NCBI RefSeq assembly: GCF_006345805.1
Contig: NC_042999.1
Location: forward strand, 78,678,001-78,742,000
Direction of reading: 5' to 3'
DNA: 64,000 bases
DNA from: Octopus sinensis
Lineage: Eukaryota
Shown here: in pieces, positions 1 through 12,200 of the stretch
Position numbering within the stretch: position 1 is the stretch's first letter
Layout: each line of letters begins with the position of its first letter
The notes under the pieces: model-generated
What the model saw: only the letters and a program-made list of their open reading frames with translations
Databases searched by the model: none
Told to the model about the DNA's origin: nothing
Translations under genes and position numbers: made by a program

Positions 1-451
1 AATAATTAATAGTAGAGCGGGTAACTTATGAGAGGGCGTATAAAGAGCTATATACATGTGTTATTTACATAGGAATATATGTAGATGTGAGTGGCTATGT
101 AGACATTCAAAATCGTTCTCGTTGGAGAGAACGATTTTTCTTTTCAAATTAAGTGCTTATAATATTTTATATCAATATATACAAGGTCCGGTAGTTTGTG
201 AAGTTAGGGTATTTCCAGAGAAACACCCGACCCGAATATTGGGCTATCAACACTGTCGAGTTCCAGGTCAAAGGCGGAATTCCTCAGGTGGAGAAAATTA
301 AATTTTCCTAACGATTGTACCGTAAAATGGGTTTGACGAAAAGAAGAAAAAGAAAATTCTTTAACACATCTTTAATGTAACGAATTATTAAAGATGTGTT
401 AAAAAATTTTTCTTTGTCTTCTTGTTATGCTATCTATCTATATGTATACTT

Positions 452-524
452 ATACATACATACATACATACATACATACATACATACATACATACATACA
501 TACATACATACATACATACATACA

Positions 525-560
<36 letters not shown>

Positions 561-562
561 CA

Positions 563-626
<64 letters not shown>

Positions 627-710
627 CATACATGTATACATATGTATGTTAATGTATTTATACATACATTACGCGCACACATACACTCATACATATACAT
701 ATATATATGG
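452..710. repeat. (TACA)n/(TA)n compound microsatellite
   Basis: Directly visible tandem TACA and TA units; source of the YIHT/MYVC pseudo-ORFs. Confidence 0.95.
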
Positions 711-774
711 ATTGGTGAACTTTTATGCATGCACTAGAGAAAGAAAACACACAATACGTAAATAAACTGTGAAT

Positions 775-1380
775 ATTTTGACAGCAGCTAAAGGCATTCA
801 ATCACTACTCTGGGTTCCACGTTGCTGATTATTCAAATGATTCTAGTAGATAAATAGGGTGTCAATATATAAACTATTCAATCACGTTTAAATACAAATG
901 ATTATCGGAAATTTCATTAATGGTGATGAATGCCTGGTTATTGCTTTCAGTACATATTGTATCACTTACTTTTAGGCTGGTAACGCTTTTTATAGTTTCT
1001 GAATTAATAACATGATTAGTTCTGAGGATGGCTTTCTTTAAAGAGTTAGTGAAAATGTTGGAAAGTTACCCATTGTATTTGCTGTTTCATGTATCGTCCT
1101 GGCTTCGTTTAAAGAAATATGCATTCTTAAGTCTTGTAGACCAGCATTTCCTTGAGGTCCAAAGTTATCCTTACGTTTATAAGAATTAACGTTCAAGATT
1201 GTTACAACTGCACCAGAGTCACTACTGCTTACGCAGCTACTATGAACAGAAAAAAATACATTTCCATTTCGAACGCGCAAAACTCATCTCTTTTATGTAA
1301 TTACAATAACAATATTTACTTTCTCAAAGACATATCTTGTGCTAAGGTGTGCTTAGAATTGTCATTGACCTTTATTAGTT
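775..1380 (-). mobile_element. Degraded Penelope-like retroelement RT N-terminal region
   Basis: Minus-strand translation with stops and frameshifts gives ESNNQAFITI and TQS/VIEC segments resembling the NQAFITxKDH and TQSVIEWF motifs of Penelope/Poseidon RTs. Confidence 0.5.
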
Positions 1381-1710
1381 GAGAATGTCTCTTGGAGGTT
1401 GACGATATGTGCATCTTTGATCACGAGCGGAAGTAGCCATGTGTTGAGAGGAATTCCTTGGTGTTTGGATGATTCAACTCTGCAAACATGGGTGTTTCGT
1501 TCAAAATCCTTAAACACCCCTTATTCAGGGACCTTTTGAGCGGAATAGGCTGCTCGACGTGAAGAAAATTCTAATTGGGACCAGCCTGCAAGATCATGCG
1601 CTGTTTATCTTGATATGAGATCACCATGTCGCGTACATATGGCTGTAATGCATGTGCCTGGTGTACCCTTGTCGGACGGGTAGTCAAGATGGGTACATTG
1701 AGCTTCATGT
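1381..1710. mobile_element. Interspersed repeat fragment, related to an inverted piece near 52380-52458
   Basis: GAGAATGTCTCTTGGAGG at 1381 resembles the reverse complement of CACTAAGGGACATGCT at 52382; family class not determined. Confidence 0.4.
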
Positions 1711-1740
1711 CACTTTGATAGCATGCATTGCTCTTTCACT

Positions 1741-1766
1741 CAATAACAATAATAATAATAATGAGG

Positions 1767-1800
<34 letters not shown>

Positions 1801-1820
1801 CAACAACAATAATAATACAA

Positions 1821-1861
<41 letters not shown>

Positions 1862-1923
1862 ATAATAATAATAATAAATAATAATAATAACAATAATGAT
1901 AATAATAACAATAATAATAATAA
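1741..1923. repeat. (AAT)n/(ACT)n microsatellite, left flank of the Dong element
   Basis: Visible triplet repeats ending in TAA immediately before the element. Confidence 0.95.
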
Positions 1924-3342
1924 GTTAAGAGTAACAACATCACACTAGATAAAACCAATGAAATAAAAGAATTAGACCAAAGCCAAACTTACAAATACTT
2001 AGGAATCCATGAACTAGATAAGACACAACACACACAAATGAAAGAGAAAATAAAAAAAGAATATTATAGACGAGTTAGATCAATACTAAACACAGAGCTC
2101 AATGCTAAAAACAAGATAATAGGTATCAACACTTTAGCTGTCCCAGTTATAAGTTACAGCTACAATATCCTTAACTGGACACGAAATGAACTGTCCAAAA
2201 TAGATAGGAAAACAAGAAAAATACTGACAGGATCTAGGATGCATCACCCAAAATCTGACATAGAAAGACTATATATACAACGTATAGAAGGTGGTAGAGG
2301 CCTTATACAGCTGGAAAACTACTATAAAATAACCACCATAGGACTGCAAAAATACCTACTTCAGAAGGAAGGAAAACTGATCCAGATAGCAGCAAAACAC
2401 GAGCAAAACAAAAAACTGTTCTCAGTATTTAAGGAAGCTGACAAATACAAACAAGAAATCATACCACCTAATAAACACAAAGAAGAAGAAGAAGATGATG
2501 AAGAAACAACAAAAGCTATAAAACAAATGAAATCCAAACTAAAAATAGAACAGCAACGAGCCATGATAAAACGATGGCAAGAAAAGCCCCTTCATGGTAA
2601 ATACTGCACTAAACTAAACGCAAAAGAAATAGACAAAGAAAAATCCCAGCAATGGTTGAGAAGCTCAGGACTCAAAGCAGAAACAGAGGGATTTTTAATT
2701 GCAGCACAAGACCAAAGCCTCCCCACCAGAAATTACCAAAAACATGTAATGAAAAGAAATATTACAAGTAACTGCAGAATATGTGGAGATGGACAAGAAA
2801 CAATAAATCATATTATCTCTAGCTGCCCAGTCCTGGCTAAGAAGGAATATATTCACAGACATGACGGAGTTGGAACCTACATACATTGGAAGCTATGCCA
2901 ACATTATGGAATAACAACAGAAAAAAGATGGTATAGGCACACACCAGAAAAGGTCACAGAAAACGAGAAAGCAACCATACTCTGGGATATGCCGATACAC
3001 ACAGATAGAGAAATTAAGGCCAACAGACCAGATATAGTTGTCAGAGATCATGAAGAAAAAAAATGCTTTCTAATTGATGTATCAATCCCGGCAGATGACA
3101 ACGTGTCTCTAAAAGAAATGGAGAAACTCTCAAAATACAAAGACCTGGAAATAGAGGTAACTAGAATGTGGAACCTAAAAACAGAAACAATTCCTATCAT
3201 AGTAGGTGCATTAGGCATGATAAAAAAATACTCAGACAAATACATAACAAAAACACCAGGACTTACAAACACATATAACATACAGAAAATTGCACTACTA
3301 GGCACTGCACACATCCTACGCAGAACACTTTCCATACAATAA
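1924..3342 (+). CDS. C-terminal part of Dong/R4 ORF (RT thumb, zinc knuckle, RLE); no true start codon
   Basis: Track ORF 2038-3342 (434 aa) extends upstream in frame for 38 codons (VKSNN...YKYLGIHE...) to the TAA repeat. Confidence 0.85.
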   Translation, partial: VKSNNITLDKTNEIKELDQSQTYKYLGIHELDKTQHTQMKEKIKKEYYRRVRSILNTELNAKNKIIGINTLAVPVISYSYNILNWTRNELSKIDRKTRKILTGSRMHHPKSDIERLYIQRIEGGRGLIQLENYYKITTIGLQKYLLQKEGKLIQIAAKHEQNKKLFSVFKEADKYKQEIIPPNKHKEEEEDDEETTKAIKQMKSKLKIEQQRAMIKRWQEKPLHGKYCTKLNAKEIDKEKSQQWLRSSGLKAETEGFLIAAQDQSLPTRNYQKHVMKRNITSNCRICGDGQETINHIISSCPVLAKKEYIHRHDGVGTYIHWKLCQHYGITTEKRWYRHTPEKVTENEKATILWDMPIHTDREIKANRPDIVVRDHEEKKCFLIDVSIPADDNVSLKEMEKLSKYKDLEIEVTRMWNLKTETIPIIVGALGMIKKYSDKYITKTPGLTNTYNIQKIALLGTAHILRRTLSIQ

Positions 3343-3440
3343 CCATCAGAGCATCACAACAAATCACAGCACATACCCAAGGCACACAGAGCTGCGCTCG
3401 GTAGTGAAGTGAAAGCACGCTATAAAAATAAAACTACTGA
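1924..3440 (+). mobile_element. 5'-truncated Dong/R4-clade non-LTR retrotransposon (restriction-like endonuclease type)
   Basis: Uninterrupted frame 1924-3342 with RT end YKYLG, thumb region ERLYxxRxxGGRGL, CCHC knuckle [18 protein letters not shown] and RLE motif RPDIV...LIDVSIP...KLSKY; ~100-bp 3' UTR; (TAA)n on both sides. Confidence 0.93.
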
Positions 3441-3506
3441 ATAATAATAATAATAATACTAATGATGATGATGATGATGATGATGATGATAATAATAATA
3501 ATAATG

Positions 3507-3572
<66 letters not shown>

Positions 3573-3585
3573 TAATCATAATAAT
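3441..3585. repeat. (AAT)n/(GAT)n microsatellite, right flank of the Dong element
   Basis: Visible triplet repeats. Confidence 0.95.
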
Positions 3586-3850
3586 ATATTGCTTGATGGA
3601 CAGATAGACAAGTATACATAACTAAATAGACAGACAGATAGCTGGACAGACGGATAGATATACAGATAGATTGATTATTAGATAGAAAGATAGAGCGAAA
3701 GCAAGATTAAGAAAGTGGAAAGTACGATTGAAAACCGATAGATAATGAAATGAAGAAACTCAACGTATATGATCGGATGAGTCGTGAGTGTAAATATATT
3801 TGCTTGCATTTATGTGAGTGTTTGTACCTGCGTGTGTGTATGCGTATATG

Positions 3851-3884
<34 letters not shown>

Positions 3885-3915
3885 TGTATGTATGTATGTA
3901 TGTATGTATGCATGC

Positions 3916-3948
<33 letters not shown>

Positions 3949-4599
3949 TGTATGTATGTATGTATGTATGTATGCATGCATGCATGTATGTATATGTGTA
4001 CGTATGTACGTATTATAAGGGTTTGATTGTATGAGTGCGAAGTGTATGGAATTTCTTAATGAAGTGTATGGTCTGTCAGAGAAGTTAGACCGAAATAAAA
4101 TGTCGGTGCTGGCGGAGAGGTGGTGATGGAATAGCCAGATGCCAGTGATAACGGCGAGTTAAGGGGTAAATGTAAATATACAAATAACGGGGCTGGATAT
4201 ATAACGATTGGAATACTTGTTGTTGTTCTTGTCGCCATTGTTGTTGTTTCTGAAGACTTAAGTAGAATGGTAACACGTATAAATAAATAATGAGTAAATT
4301 AACACACACGCACACGCACATTATATACACGCACAAGCATAATATAATATAGAACTATATATGTATGTATATTTGTGTATATATATGCCAGTTTGTGTAT
4401 GTGCGTGTGTGTGTATACATATACATATATATATATATATAGTGAGAGAAAGAGAGAGAGAGAGAGAGGAGCTAGTTAGCCAGGTAGGTAGATAGATAGG
4501 TAGAAATACTGTCAGTCGGGGGTATATGTTGCACAAATAGATAAATAGGTATACACACAGACACCTAATATATATACATGCACACATGTATAATTTTAT

Positions 4600-4785
4600 C
4601 ATGTTGAACCGTTAATCCCTACATATGTTTTTTCTATCTCCGTTATTTTTCTCTCTCAGTCCTTTCCGTTGAAGAGCGTAGGCTCGAAACGTCAAAGGCT
4701 TTTCCATCTACTCGAGCGGTAAACTAATACACTTTCTTGTTATTCCTTCACCTGTCTTCGTCTTTTATTTTCTGTAAATTTGAAC
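4600..4785 (+). mobile_element. Penelope-type terminal repeat fragment; related copy at ~39050-39240
   Basis: Shares GAAGAGCGTAG..CTCGAAAC...GAGCG..ACTAATACA...CACCTG.CTTCGTCTTT with 39110-39215 and carries a hammerhead-like motif. Confidence 0.55.
4662..4697 (+). ncRNA. Minimal type I hammerhead ribozyme-like motif (variant core)
   Basis: CUUU / CCGUUGA-A / GAGC-GUAG-GCUC / GAAA / CG / UC / AAAG: stem I CUUU:AAAG, 4-bp stem II, palindromic ACGU stem III, GUC site. Confidence 0.5.
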
Positions 4786-4904
4786 TATGTATGTATGTAT
4801 GTATGATGTATGTATGTATGTATGTATGTATGTATGTATGTATGTATGTATGTGTGTGTGTATGTATGTATGTATGTATGTATGTATGTATGTATGTATG
4901 TATG

Positions 4905-4962
<58 letters not shown>

Positions 4963-5675
4963 GATTATATATATATAATTATACTTATCTATTATATATT
5001 TTCTTTTATTTGTTTCAACCATTAGGCTGCGGCTATGCTGGGGCACTGCCTTCAAGAATTTTTTAGTCGAATGAATCGACTGCAGTAATTTTTATTTTTT
5101 TAAAACCTGGTACATATATCGATATCTTTGCTGAACCGCTAAGATATGGTCGTCAAGACGTGTTGGGGAACAATCACCGACACATAGACAGCCACCACAC
5201 ACATAGACCCTCCACACACACACACATACTTAAGTAAAAATGCTAGTTCTAAAAGGTCTCTAAGAGCGGCTATGAATATTACTTGTAAACATCTATATAT
5301 ATATTATATATATATATGTATATATATATATATAATATATATATATATGATTATATATATAATTATACTTATCTATTATATATTTTCTTTTATTTGTTTC
5401 AACCATTAGGCTGCGGCTATGCTGGGGCACTGCCTTCAAGAATTTTTTAGTCGAATGAATCGACTGCAGTAATTTTTATTTTTTTAAAACCTGGTACATA
5501 TATCGATATCTTTGCTGAACCGCTAAGATATGGTCGTCAAGACGTGTTGGGGAACAATCACCGACACATAGACAGCCACCACACACATAGACCCTCCACA
5601 CACACACACATACTTAAGTAAAAATGCTAGTTCTAAAAGGTCTCTAAGAGCGGCTATGAATATTACTTGTAAACA

Positions 5676-5677
<2 letters not shown>
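4963..5677. repeat. Near-exact tandem duplication, period 384 bp, bounded by (TA)n
   Basis: 4981-5293 matches 5365-5677 by eye; each unit contains a minus-strand SINE tail fragment. Confidence 0.9.
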
Positions 5678-5729
<52 letters not shown>

Positions 5730-5731
<2 letters not shown>

Positions 5732-5850
5732 ACGGACTTCTTTCAGTTGCCGTCTATCAAATCCACTCAAGAGGCATTGATCAGACCGAGGCTATGGTAC
5801 CATGTTGCTGGTAAGAAGCAAGCTTCTTACCACACAGCCACTCCTGCGCC
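5730..5850 (-). mobile_element. tRNA-derived SINE, family A (internally deleted)
   Basis: Reverse complement of GGCGCAGGAGTGGCTGTGTGGTAAGAAGCTTGC...GACGGCAACTGAAAGAAG. Confidence 0.8.
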
Positions 5851-5974
5851 TATTGGGACAGGCTCTCGCAACCCAGGCCAGAGGTTGACCGCAGTGCCTA
5901 TCCGGCCTCCTCCCGGGTGGACAACACCCCTCTTTTGCGTCCGTATATATTCTTTTGTTCTTTTATTCTTTTAA

Positions 5975-6008
5975 GTGTTTCAGCTTTAAAATTGCGGTCA
6001 TACTAGGG

Positions 6009-6040
<32 letters not shown>

Positions 6041-6262
6041 ACACACACACACACACACACACACACATATGTTGTCATTCATACTGGAGCACTGATTTCT
6101 AGTGTGCTTGGATTTGTTATCTGTACCGTTTTTGGTGAAGAAGCGAGTTAGACAGGACTGCTCTTCTTTGTGCCTCCTCCCGCTTAGTTGGTTCACTTGG
6201 GGCTTCAGATAGAAATTTGTCCTAACGCTTTTTGAAGACCTCTACACTTCACGAATCTCTGA
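5975..6262 (-). mobile_element. 3' end of a CR1-like LINE interrupted by a (CA)n tract
   Basis: Minus translation VEVFKKR*DKFLSEAPSEPTKREEAQRRAVLSNSLLHQ parallels the CR1 C-terminus at 59432-59617; tail ...GACCGCAATTTTAAAGCTGAAAC. Confidence 0.65.
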
Positions 6263-6279
6263 GGTTGATAAAGGCTTCA

Positions 6280-6460
6280 TAGTTTGGCACAAAGCCGCCA
6301 GCAATTTCAGGGAAATGGGTAAATCGGTAACATCGATCCTAGTGGTACTTATTTTACCGACCCCGAAAGGCGGCATTTGAACTCAGCTCGTTTGTCCGGA
6401 AGAAATGGTGCCAAGCATTTTGTCCGGCGCGGCTGCATATTCTGCTAGCTCACCGCCTTG
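6280..6460 (-). mobile_element. SINE family B (diverged)
   Basis: Reverse complement of GGCGGTGAGCTAGCAGAAT...GAGTTCAAATGCCGCC...TTTCGGGGTCGGTAAAATAAGTACC. Confidence 0.7.
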
Positions 6461-6986
6461 GATAGATTGATACTGAATGACAGATTGTAACAGAATACCC
6501 GAATAGAAGAAAATATAAAGAACTGAAACCGTTTCGTCAGCAACAACAAAAATAACAATCTTAAATCAACCGCTACACTCGCTCCCAAAAGTGAGAGAGT
6601 TGCTTGGAAAAAAAAAAAGAAGAAAGAAATAGCATTGAAAATATACAAAAAATATAAACATAAAGAAAATATATATACAAATAAAGACAATATGAGAATG
6701 ATAGGGAGAGGTGGGCGGAGAGGAAAAGAAAAACCTTAACGGAAGGTGTGGAAATGTGGCTTTTCAGCTGTTTGGTACGAATATCTTGACACTTCATTGG
6801 TAATTGGAGACCAAATTTATTGTACTATTTGGAAGGTTGGCAAAAAAAAAAAAAAAAGAAAAAAATGTGAAGGAAATCTGGTTTCATTTTAACCTTTGCA
6901 CACCCAGATTAATGAAACTAAACGGATCGGTTTTATTGTTTTTACTGCTGTTAAAATCATCGTTATTTTTATTATTGTTCTTGTCA

Positions 6987-7019
<33 letters not shown>

Positions 7020-7343
7020 ATTTATATTTATTTACAGATACATATATATGTATGTATGTATGTATGATGTATGTATGTATGTATGTATATATATATATAT
7101 ATATATATATTAAAATTGCAAGTGAAAGTATATGCGCATAACATTTGAAGTTATGGAAAAGTAGTTAATAATGATGCATCACACATGCATATGTACGCGT
7201 ATGCAGGTAGACATACATATGCATGTATGTATATATATGCATATATATATATATATAGACGTGTGTATATATATACATGAATGTGTATATACATACATAC
7301 AACCCCTACACATATATATGTGTATATATATACATAAATACAT

Positions 7344-7380
<37 letters not shown>

Positions 7381-7474
7381 CGTATATATATAGCTATATA
7401 TATACATACATATATATGAGTGTGTGTGTGAGTAAACGTATAGATAAGCTTACCTACTGCAACATCTCGGCAAA

Positions 7475-7625
7475 GCAGGCGTGGTTGTATGTTATGAAGT
7501 TTGTTTTCCAACCGCAGAGTCTCGTGTTCAGTCCCACTACGTGACATCTTGCGCAAGTGTCTTCTATTATAGCCTGGAGCCGACCGAAGCATTGAGTGAA
7601 TGTGGTAGGCGGAAACTCAAAGAAG
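7475..7625 (+). mobile_element. SINE family A head (diverged)
   Basis: GCAGGCGTGGTTGTATG...GTTCAGTCCCACTACGTG...GCAAGTGTCTTCT. Confidence 0.75.
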
Positions 7626-8099
7626 CAAAATGAATTGATAAAATAAGTATCAGGCTAAAAAAAAAAAGATGAAAATATAAAAATATGTCCTATGGTCAAT
7701 TTATTCGAGTAAAATTTCCAGAAGAGCCGCAGTCAAGTGACTGAAAGAATAGATATTTCATCTGTGTACGCATGCATGTATGTGGGTCTGTATTACGCAT
7801 ACACACACACTCACGAAATATCTTTGCTGAGTAAGTATTTATTCATAACGCATTTTTGAACGATAAAATTGTTAGCGACAGATTTCTAGCATGCTAATCA
7901 CTGCTTCATTGCACTTACAATTGCAAAAGCGACAAGGGAGTTACTCTGCAACTTGAGTGGAACAAATACAAGGAATCTGAGCTTGAGTTTCTGAAACAGG
8001 TATTCATCACCGAAATATATAAACTCATACTGATATGTATACACATACACACGCATACACACATACACACACATACGTACAATAATGATAATAATTTCA

Positions 8100-8279
8100 A
8101 ATTTAGGTATAAGGCCAGCACTTTCTGGGGAGGGGTTAAGTCAATTATACCGACCCCAATACTCAAGTGGTACTTATTTTATCGACCTCAGCGGAATTTG
8201 ACCTCAGGACGTGAAGACGGACGAAATGTCGCTAAGTATTTCGCCCGGTGTGCTACCGATTCTGCCAGCTATCCGCCTT

Positions 8280-8280
<1 letters not shown>
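8100..8280 (-). mobile_element. SINE family B
   Basis: GGTACTTATTTTATCGACC...GCGGAATTTGACCTCAG...GATTCTGCCAGCT on + strand. Confidence 0.8.
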
Positions 8281-8325
<45 letters not shown>

Positions 8326-8345
8326 GCAGCAGCAGCAGCAGCAGC

Positions 8346-8383
<38 letters not shown>

Positions 8384-8384
8384 A

Positions 8385-8478
8385 GGCCTGGATTTGGTGG
8401 GGAGGGAGCTTGTCGATTACTGCTTCTTAATTTATCAACCCCGAAAGGATGAAATGCAAAGTCGACCTCGGCGGAATT
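8385..8478 (-). mobile_element. SINE family B, 3' half (continues at 9517-9592)
   Basis: Ends at GTCGACCTCGGCGGAATT; the family sequence seen in other copies resumes with ACTCAGAACG at 9517. Confidence 0.8.
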
Positions 8479-8533
8479 AATAATAATATCAATAATAATA
8501 GTAGTAATAATAATAATAATAATAATAATAATG

Positions 8534-8592
<59 letters not shown>

Positions 8593-8604
8593 ATAATGAT
8601 AATG

Positions 8605-8659
<55 letters not shown>

Positions 8660-9516
8660 TTCTTTATTAACCACAAGGGTTTACATTAAGAAAAGCATTA
8701 TGGACAGCACAGGACAAAACAAAGAATCTGTGTGTGTATGTGTGTGAGTTTGTAACAAAATAAAAAAAAGGAAGAAGGAAAGAAATCAACAATGTCTAAT
8801 TCTCAATAGAGAAACCGCATAAAAAACACCATGGGTACCCTGACTTTTTGGGCAGGTGTCTATATTCCTTTCCATGTTTCCATCTCCAGGCGTATGCTGA
8901 GGGCAGGACCGTTCACTCGCATCACTCTTGTCACTTTCATCCACCTTTCAGCAAATTGACTACAAGACAATACTTCCCTCTCTACCCTTATTTACCTTTT
9001 CAGCTGAAACTTGAAGTAGTTCATCAAGGATTGATCAAAGAGAAAAGTGTTTGTCTTCAGCCCCTTCAGTCTCGTTTACCATACAACCTCCTTCACCATG
9101 GCCGCCAGGCATAAAAAAAAACAGCCTTTCCTTCCCGGCTAAACGAAGGCGGCGGGGCGATTTTCACAATGGATTCGGTTCATAGCCGGATTCGTTCCAC
9201 GCGCGACAGCAAGTGGTCGACATAAACCAACAGGTCAGCAATGCTCGGGCAATGGACGAGTGCATGCAGGATCGTCTCGTCGTTCTGCACGCACCTCGGA
9301 TATGTTCGGCTGACGGCACTTCCATGCCTGTAAATATCATCTCGAACAGGAAAAGCACCTCGGTAGCAGTGCCAGGCCAGAGATTTTTGGAAATTATCTT
9401 GCACTTTTCTTCCCCTAATACTCCGTAAAAGGTTAAAGTGGACGTTCCACCTATCGTACTGTCCGATTGGCTGAGGACTGCGAGCGCTTGATGGCATTCC
9501 ACTTTCCAAATGCCCC
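8479..9516 (-). mobile_element. 3' fragment of a Tx1/L1-clade LINE with long (ATT)n tail
   Basis: ORF 9180-9518 has AWHCYRGAFPVRD and a degenerate CCHC xPRCVQNDETILHALVHCP (zf-RVT region); 3' UTR ends CCCTTGTGGTTAATAAAGAAA then (ATT)n. Confidence 0.8.
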
Positions 9517-9592
9517 ACTCAGAACGTAGCGGCAGACAAAATACCGCTAAGCAATCTGCCCGGCGTGCTAACGATACTGCCAGCTCGCCGCC
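9517..9592 (-). mobile_element. SINE family B, 5' half
   Basis: ACTCAGAACGTAGCGGCAGAC...CAGCTCGCCGCC on + strand. Confidence 0.8.
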
Positions 9593-9612
9593 TATAAATA
9601 ATAATAATAATA

Positions 9613-9656
<44 letters not shown>

Positions 9657-11469
9657 TAATAATAATAATGTTGAAGATGATGACGATGATTACAAATTCT
9701 GGCACAAGACCAGCAATTTCACTTACATTTTAGCGAGAAACTCTTTTTTAGGTTGGATCAGAGCACTGGTAGAGTGAGTTGCTTCTGCTTCTGGACCTTT
9801 TCAGTTAGTAAATATCCGCACGATCTTCCCTTAAATTGTTCATCAGCTTCCTTATGAACTCGGCTGTGATGTTTAATCACATATATTGCTCTCTGTCTCT
9901 TAGAGAAGTGGGATACTTACGTGTATCTTGGATATCTTTTGTTTAGGATGCATTTTTTCGTTCGCTTGCTCTAATTTTATTGTTGGCATCAACGAGAGCT
10001 TGGTCTTCATTTGCTTCTCGCCATAAGTAGACTATAGGGTGAAGGTACTGGACGGTGCCCGCCCCCACCTTCAAATTCCTGGTTAGCAGCTACTGGTAGT
10101 GAACTGAGGACAAGGGGAATTTTCAACAACTCTTAAACCTGAGTCCAGTGGTGTTCTGAAAAGGCAGTTTCTGAGCCTGCTGTTGTCATTGCTTGCTCTA
10201 CTGTTGTCTGCTATTCCCTAATCACTTTTTTTACCTTGCAGCTTTTCAGAGAAGAAAATCCCAAGTTGTTTTTACTGTTATATGTGTAACAGGTAATCTT
10301 TCTACGACGCGTCACCAATTCTGTTGTTTTCTTTCCGCCCCCTGAATGGGGTATACCTCCAGTATGACTCAGTAGCCTGAGAGTTTACTTGGAACCTTAA
10401 TGTTAATGCAGATTCCATCTGATCACGAATTATATTTGGTCATCTTGGCGTTCACAACCTGCCTATATTGCAACATAAAGGTGCTGATGGGCAAAGTGTT
10501 AATATACTGCCAATGTCTCTCAGTGTGACATTTGTGTTTCGCTACCCCATCCATCGCGGCACGAATCTGTGAAGAAATGTGTGATGCACCAGCTCAGTCA
10601 TGTTAACTCATCCTCTGTTTTGCAAAATAGGCTTATAGTTCTATATTCCTTTCGCCAACAGAAGAAAACTACAATAGTCCATACATCACAGCTTTCTTTA
10701 ATTGCACCTCTAAAGGTACACAAAAAACTCCTTCGCCTTTTAATAAGCTGTAGTTTATCTTCTTTCTCCTCGTCTTTTATTCAATAAAATTGTCAAGCAA
10801 GGAGACTATAAATTTCATGATATTTCTGTTGTACAATAATATTTTTTTCTACGGAGGGTTAACTAATATTCAACATTTCTTTCTACATTTTGCAGCATTA
10901 GCAAATGATTAACTATTTTTGTTGCCATTTGTTAAATTGTTATGTTTTCCTGTGTTGTACAAGAATTTGTATTTGCTCGTTTAAATATTAAATATTTTCT
11001 TTCTGGTTGTTAATTTTTAATCTATGTTCTTGATCATAAAATTTCCGAAAATATCTTCAAACTTATATTGTTGCCAAAATGAATGAAAGCGTAGAAAGTA
11101 TAACGTAAAAATGTTTGAAACAAGCTTTATTTTTCTGCATAACATAAATGGATAGACACACAGAAGTTTCAAAATAATGCTAAAAACGTTTTATTCCATT
11201 AAATGCAGACACAGTGATACTATAATACCGCAGTGCCGTGTGGAAACCCTTTCATTTTATTCAAGTTCAACACGATGACATCAACCGCGACGACGTCAAT
11301 GACAACGGCAATAACGAATGTGAAAGTGAAAAATCCTCCAGTCCTACCAGAACGGCGTTTGTTCCTCATCCTGACAGATGCAAGGATTGGTTCGGTTATG
11401 GTTAGTCACTCTCTCCTTGTTGACACTTATTTTTGAAGAGACGTAAGTTTCTTTGTATCCAGGTTAATT

Positions 11470-12200
11470 GCTAGAAATAAGGATGAGTCAATCTCCTGAC
11501 ATTTCTAGAGTCGAGACCAATTCCATTGTAGGAGTAGGAACCCCCTTAGTTTGTCACTCTTGTTGTTGTCTTCTTTTAAACCTTATGAGCTGAATTCTTT
11601 TGAATGACTTTTATTACTAAATGTGCATCAAATCGACCTTCTGCTCTGAATTCTCAGCCTTAAAAGTTTTCTTTCAGCTCTCACTGCTGGACATAGCTAT
11701 GGGATTGTCTTGCAGAATCATGAGGATAGGTTTGTTCATGAGGATCTCCATCGTACCACACATCTCTAAAGGTTACGTCGGCACTGACTACCTACTTATC
11801 CACAATAGCCTATATAGTGAACCTCATCCTTTCCGTCCCAAATATTGAAAGACCAATACTGGGCATATGTGTATCTCATAATATCTGAATGTGAACGGCC
11901 ACGTAATTCTCAGAGGTGATGGAGGAGGAGAGAGTAAGGGACCATACAATCTTCCTCATCCACTGAATGAGATGTTACTTCATGTATCTGCTAAGATTGC
12001 CAGCAATTACTCTTTGGATGATATGAGGAAGCTTTGTGGCTTTTCCAAGGCTCAAGTATGTTATTCTTATCTTCCCTTTCTGGATAATAGATTCGCTTTC
12101 TGGATAATAGTTGAGAAACGCCTGATTTACGGTCATAAGCCTACCAGGCTGCAGTCCTTCCAGCAAAATATTCCATGCCTACGTTTCACTTGTTTCAGAA
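11470..12200 (-). mobile_element. Highly degraded LINE reverse-transcriptase fragment (RTE-like)
   Basis: ORF 11975-12166 GRLMTVNQAF...IIQK...YLSLGKA resembles GRSTxDQIF...IxEK...xDLEKA. Confidence 0.4.

Noticed and set aside
109-295. 12-bp hairpin at 109-138 and a minus-strand UCCAC-CUGAGGA hammerhead-like 5' half at ~280-292
   Set aside because: No matching GAAAC..UH plus stem I partner could be found
396-765. ORFs of YIHT/MYVC/IY/poly-N/poly-L type here and throughout the window
   Set aside because: Translations of stop-free microsatellites; no domain content
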